Virus record (IMG/VR): IMGVR_UViG_3300033143_001114
Coordinates: 1-55,774 of that record
Direction: 5' to 3' (one strand)
Source: a virus
Taxonomy: Duplodnaviria; Caudoviricetes
DNA: 55,774 bases
The notes below the pieces were generated by a model. It worked only from the letters and a program-made list of their open reading frames with translations. It did no database searches and had not been told where the DNA came from. Each line of letters opens with the position of its first letter. Positions within the stretch are counted from its first letter, which is position 1. The position numbers and the translations under genes are program-made. Of this stretch, positions 55,432 through 55,774 are shown in pieces.

Positions 55432-55774
55432 ATTAGAATCCTGGCTAGAGACTGGTGTTAATATTGTAACGGGGTTTATGATCGCTTGGGCGGCGTGGCA
55501 ATGGATAGTCCTTCCTATATGGGAATATGATGTAACACCAGCGGATAACTTTAACATAACAATGTTCTTCACTGTTATATCAATCATCCGCTCTTATTTG
55601 TGGCGCAGGTATTTCAATGACCTATTCCCTCACCAAACAAAATTACAGTCGTTCCTAGAACAATGCGCCAACATGGGCAGCGGCTTAATCATCTCAGTGT
55701 TCTTATTGACATATGTTATAAATCCTTTTTACGGATTTGAAGCATCGCCAATAGATAACATTTTAATAACTGCA
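55418..55774 (+). CDS. Membrane protein with tandem duplicated domain, 3' partial (not in ORF track)
   Basis: MKQSKLESWLETGVNIVTGF... is echoed by HQTKLQSFLEQCANMGSGL...; frame open to the window end. Confidence 0.6.
   Translation, partial: MKQSKLESWLETGVNIVTGFMIAWAAWQWIVLPIWEYDVTPADNFNITMFFTVISIIRSYLWRRYFNDLFPHQTKLQSFLEQCANMGSGLIISVFLLTYVINPFYGFEASPIDNILITA

Noticed and set aside
34-55587. Other short minus-strand and nested alternative-frame ORFs in the track
   Set aside because: They overlap well-supported plus-strand genes and show no recognisable motifs

Overview
This is an AT-rich fragment of a T4-like (gp55-dependent) myovirus genome. All protein-coding genes I can support are on the + strand, and a two-component spanin points to a Gram-negative host. 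1-17.9 kb: a large, modular tail-fibre/adhesin region interspersed with sulfotransferase, cupin and 2OG-Fe(II) hydroxylase genes. 18-19 kb: holin-like and spanin genes. 19-34.8 kb: the T4 morphogenesis block (gp13, 14, 15, 16, 17, 18, 19, 20, core proteins, 21, 22, 23, 3), with an inserted array of small proteins carrying capsid-targeting-like N-termini. 34.8-47.9 kb: uvsY, uvsW, gp55, gp47/46, a nuclease, a VWA/MoxR-AAA pair, gp45/44/62 and regA. 47.9-55.1 kb: a 7-deazaguanine DNA-modification island (queD, queE, folE, dpdA-like, queC) with extra MazG, ClpP-like, HAD, purine phosphoribosyltransferase and methyltransferase genes. Leading candidates for something new are (1) the extended deazaguanine island, (2) the putative injected internal-protein array with two leader classes, (3) an ORF-less minus-strand transcription unit with a perfect sigma70 promoter and four hairpins next to gp55, and (4) repeated fibre-plus-modifying-enzyme cassettes. 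CCGG appears almost absent and the portal gene is broken near its 3' end. All assignments come from motif recognition and synteny by eye; no searches were run.
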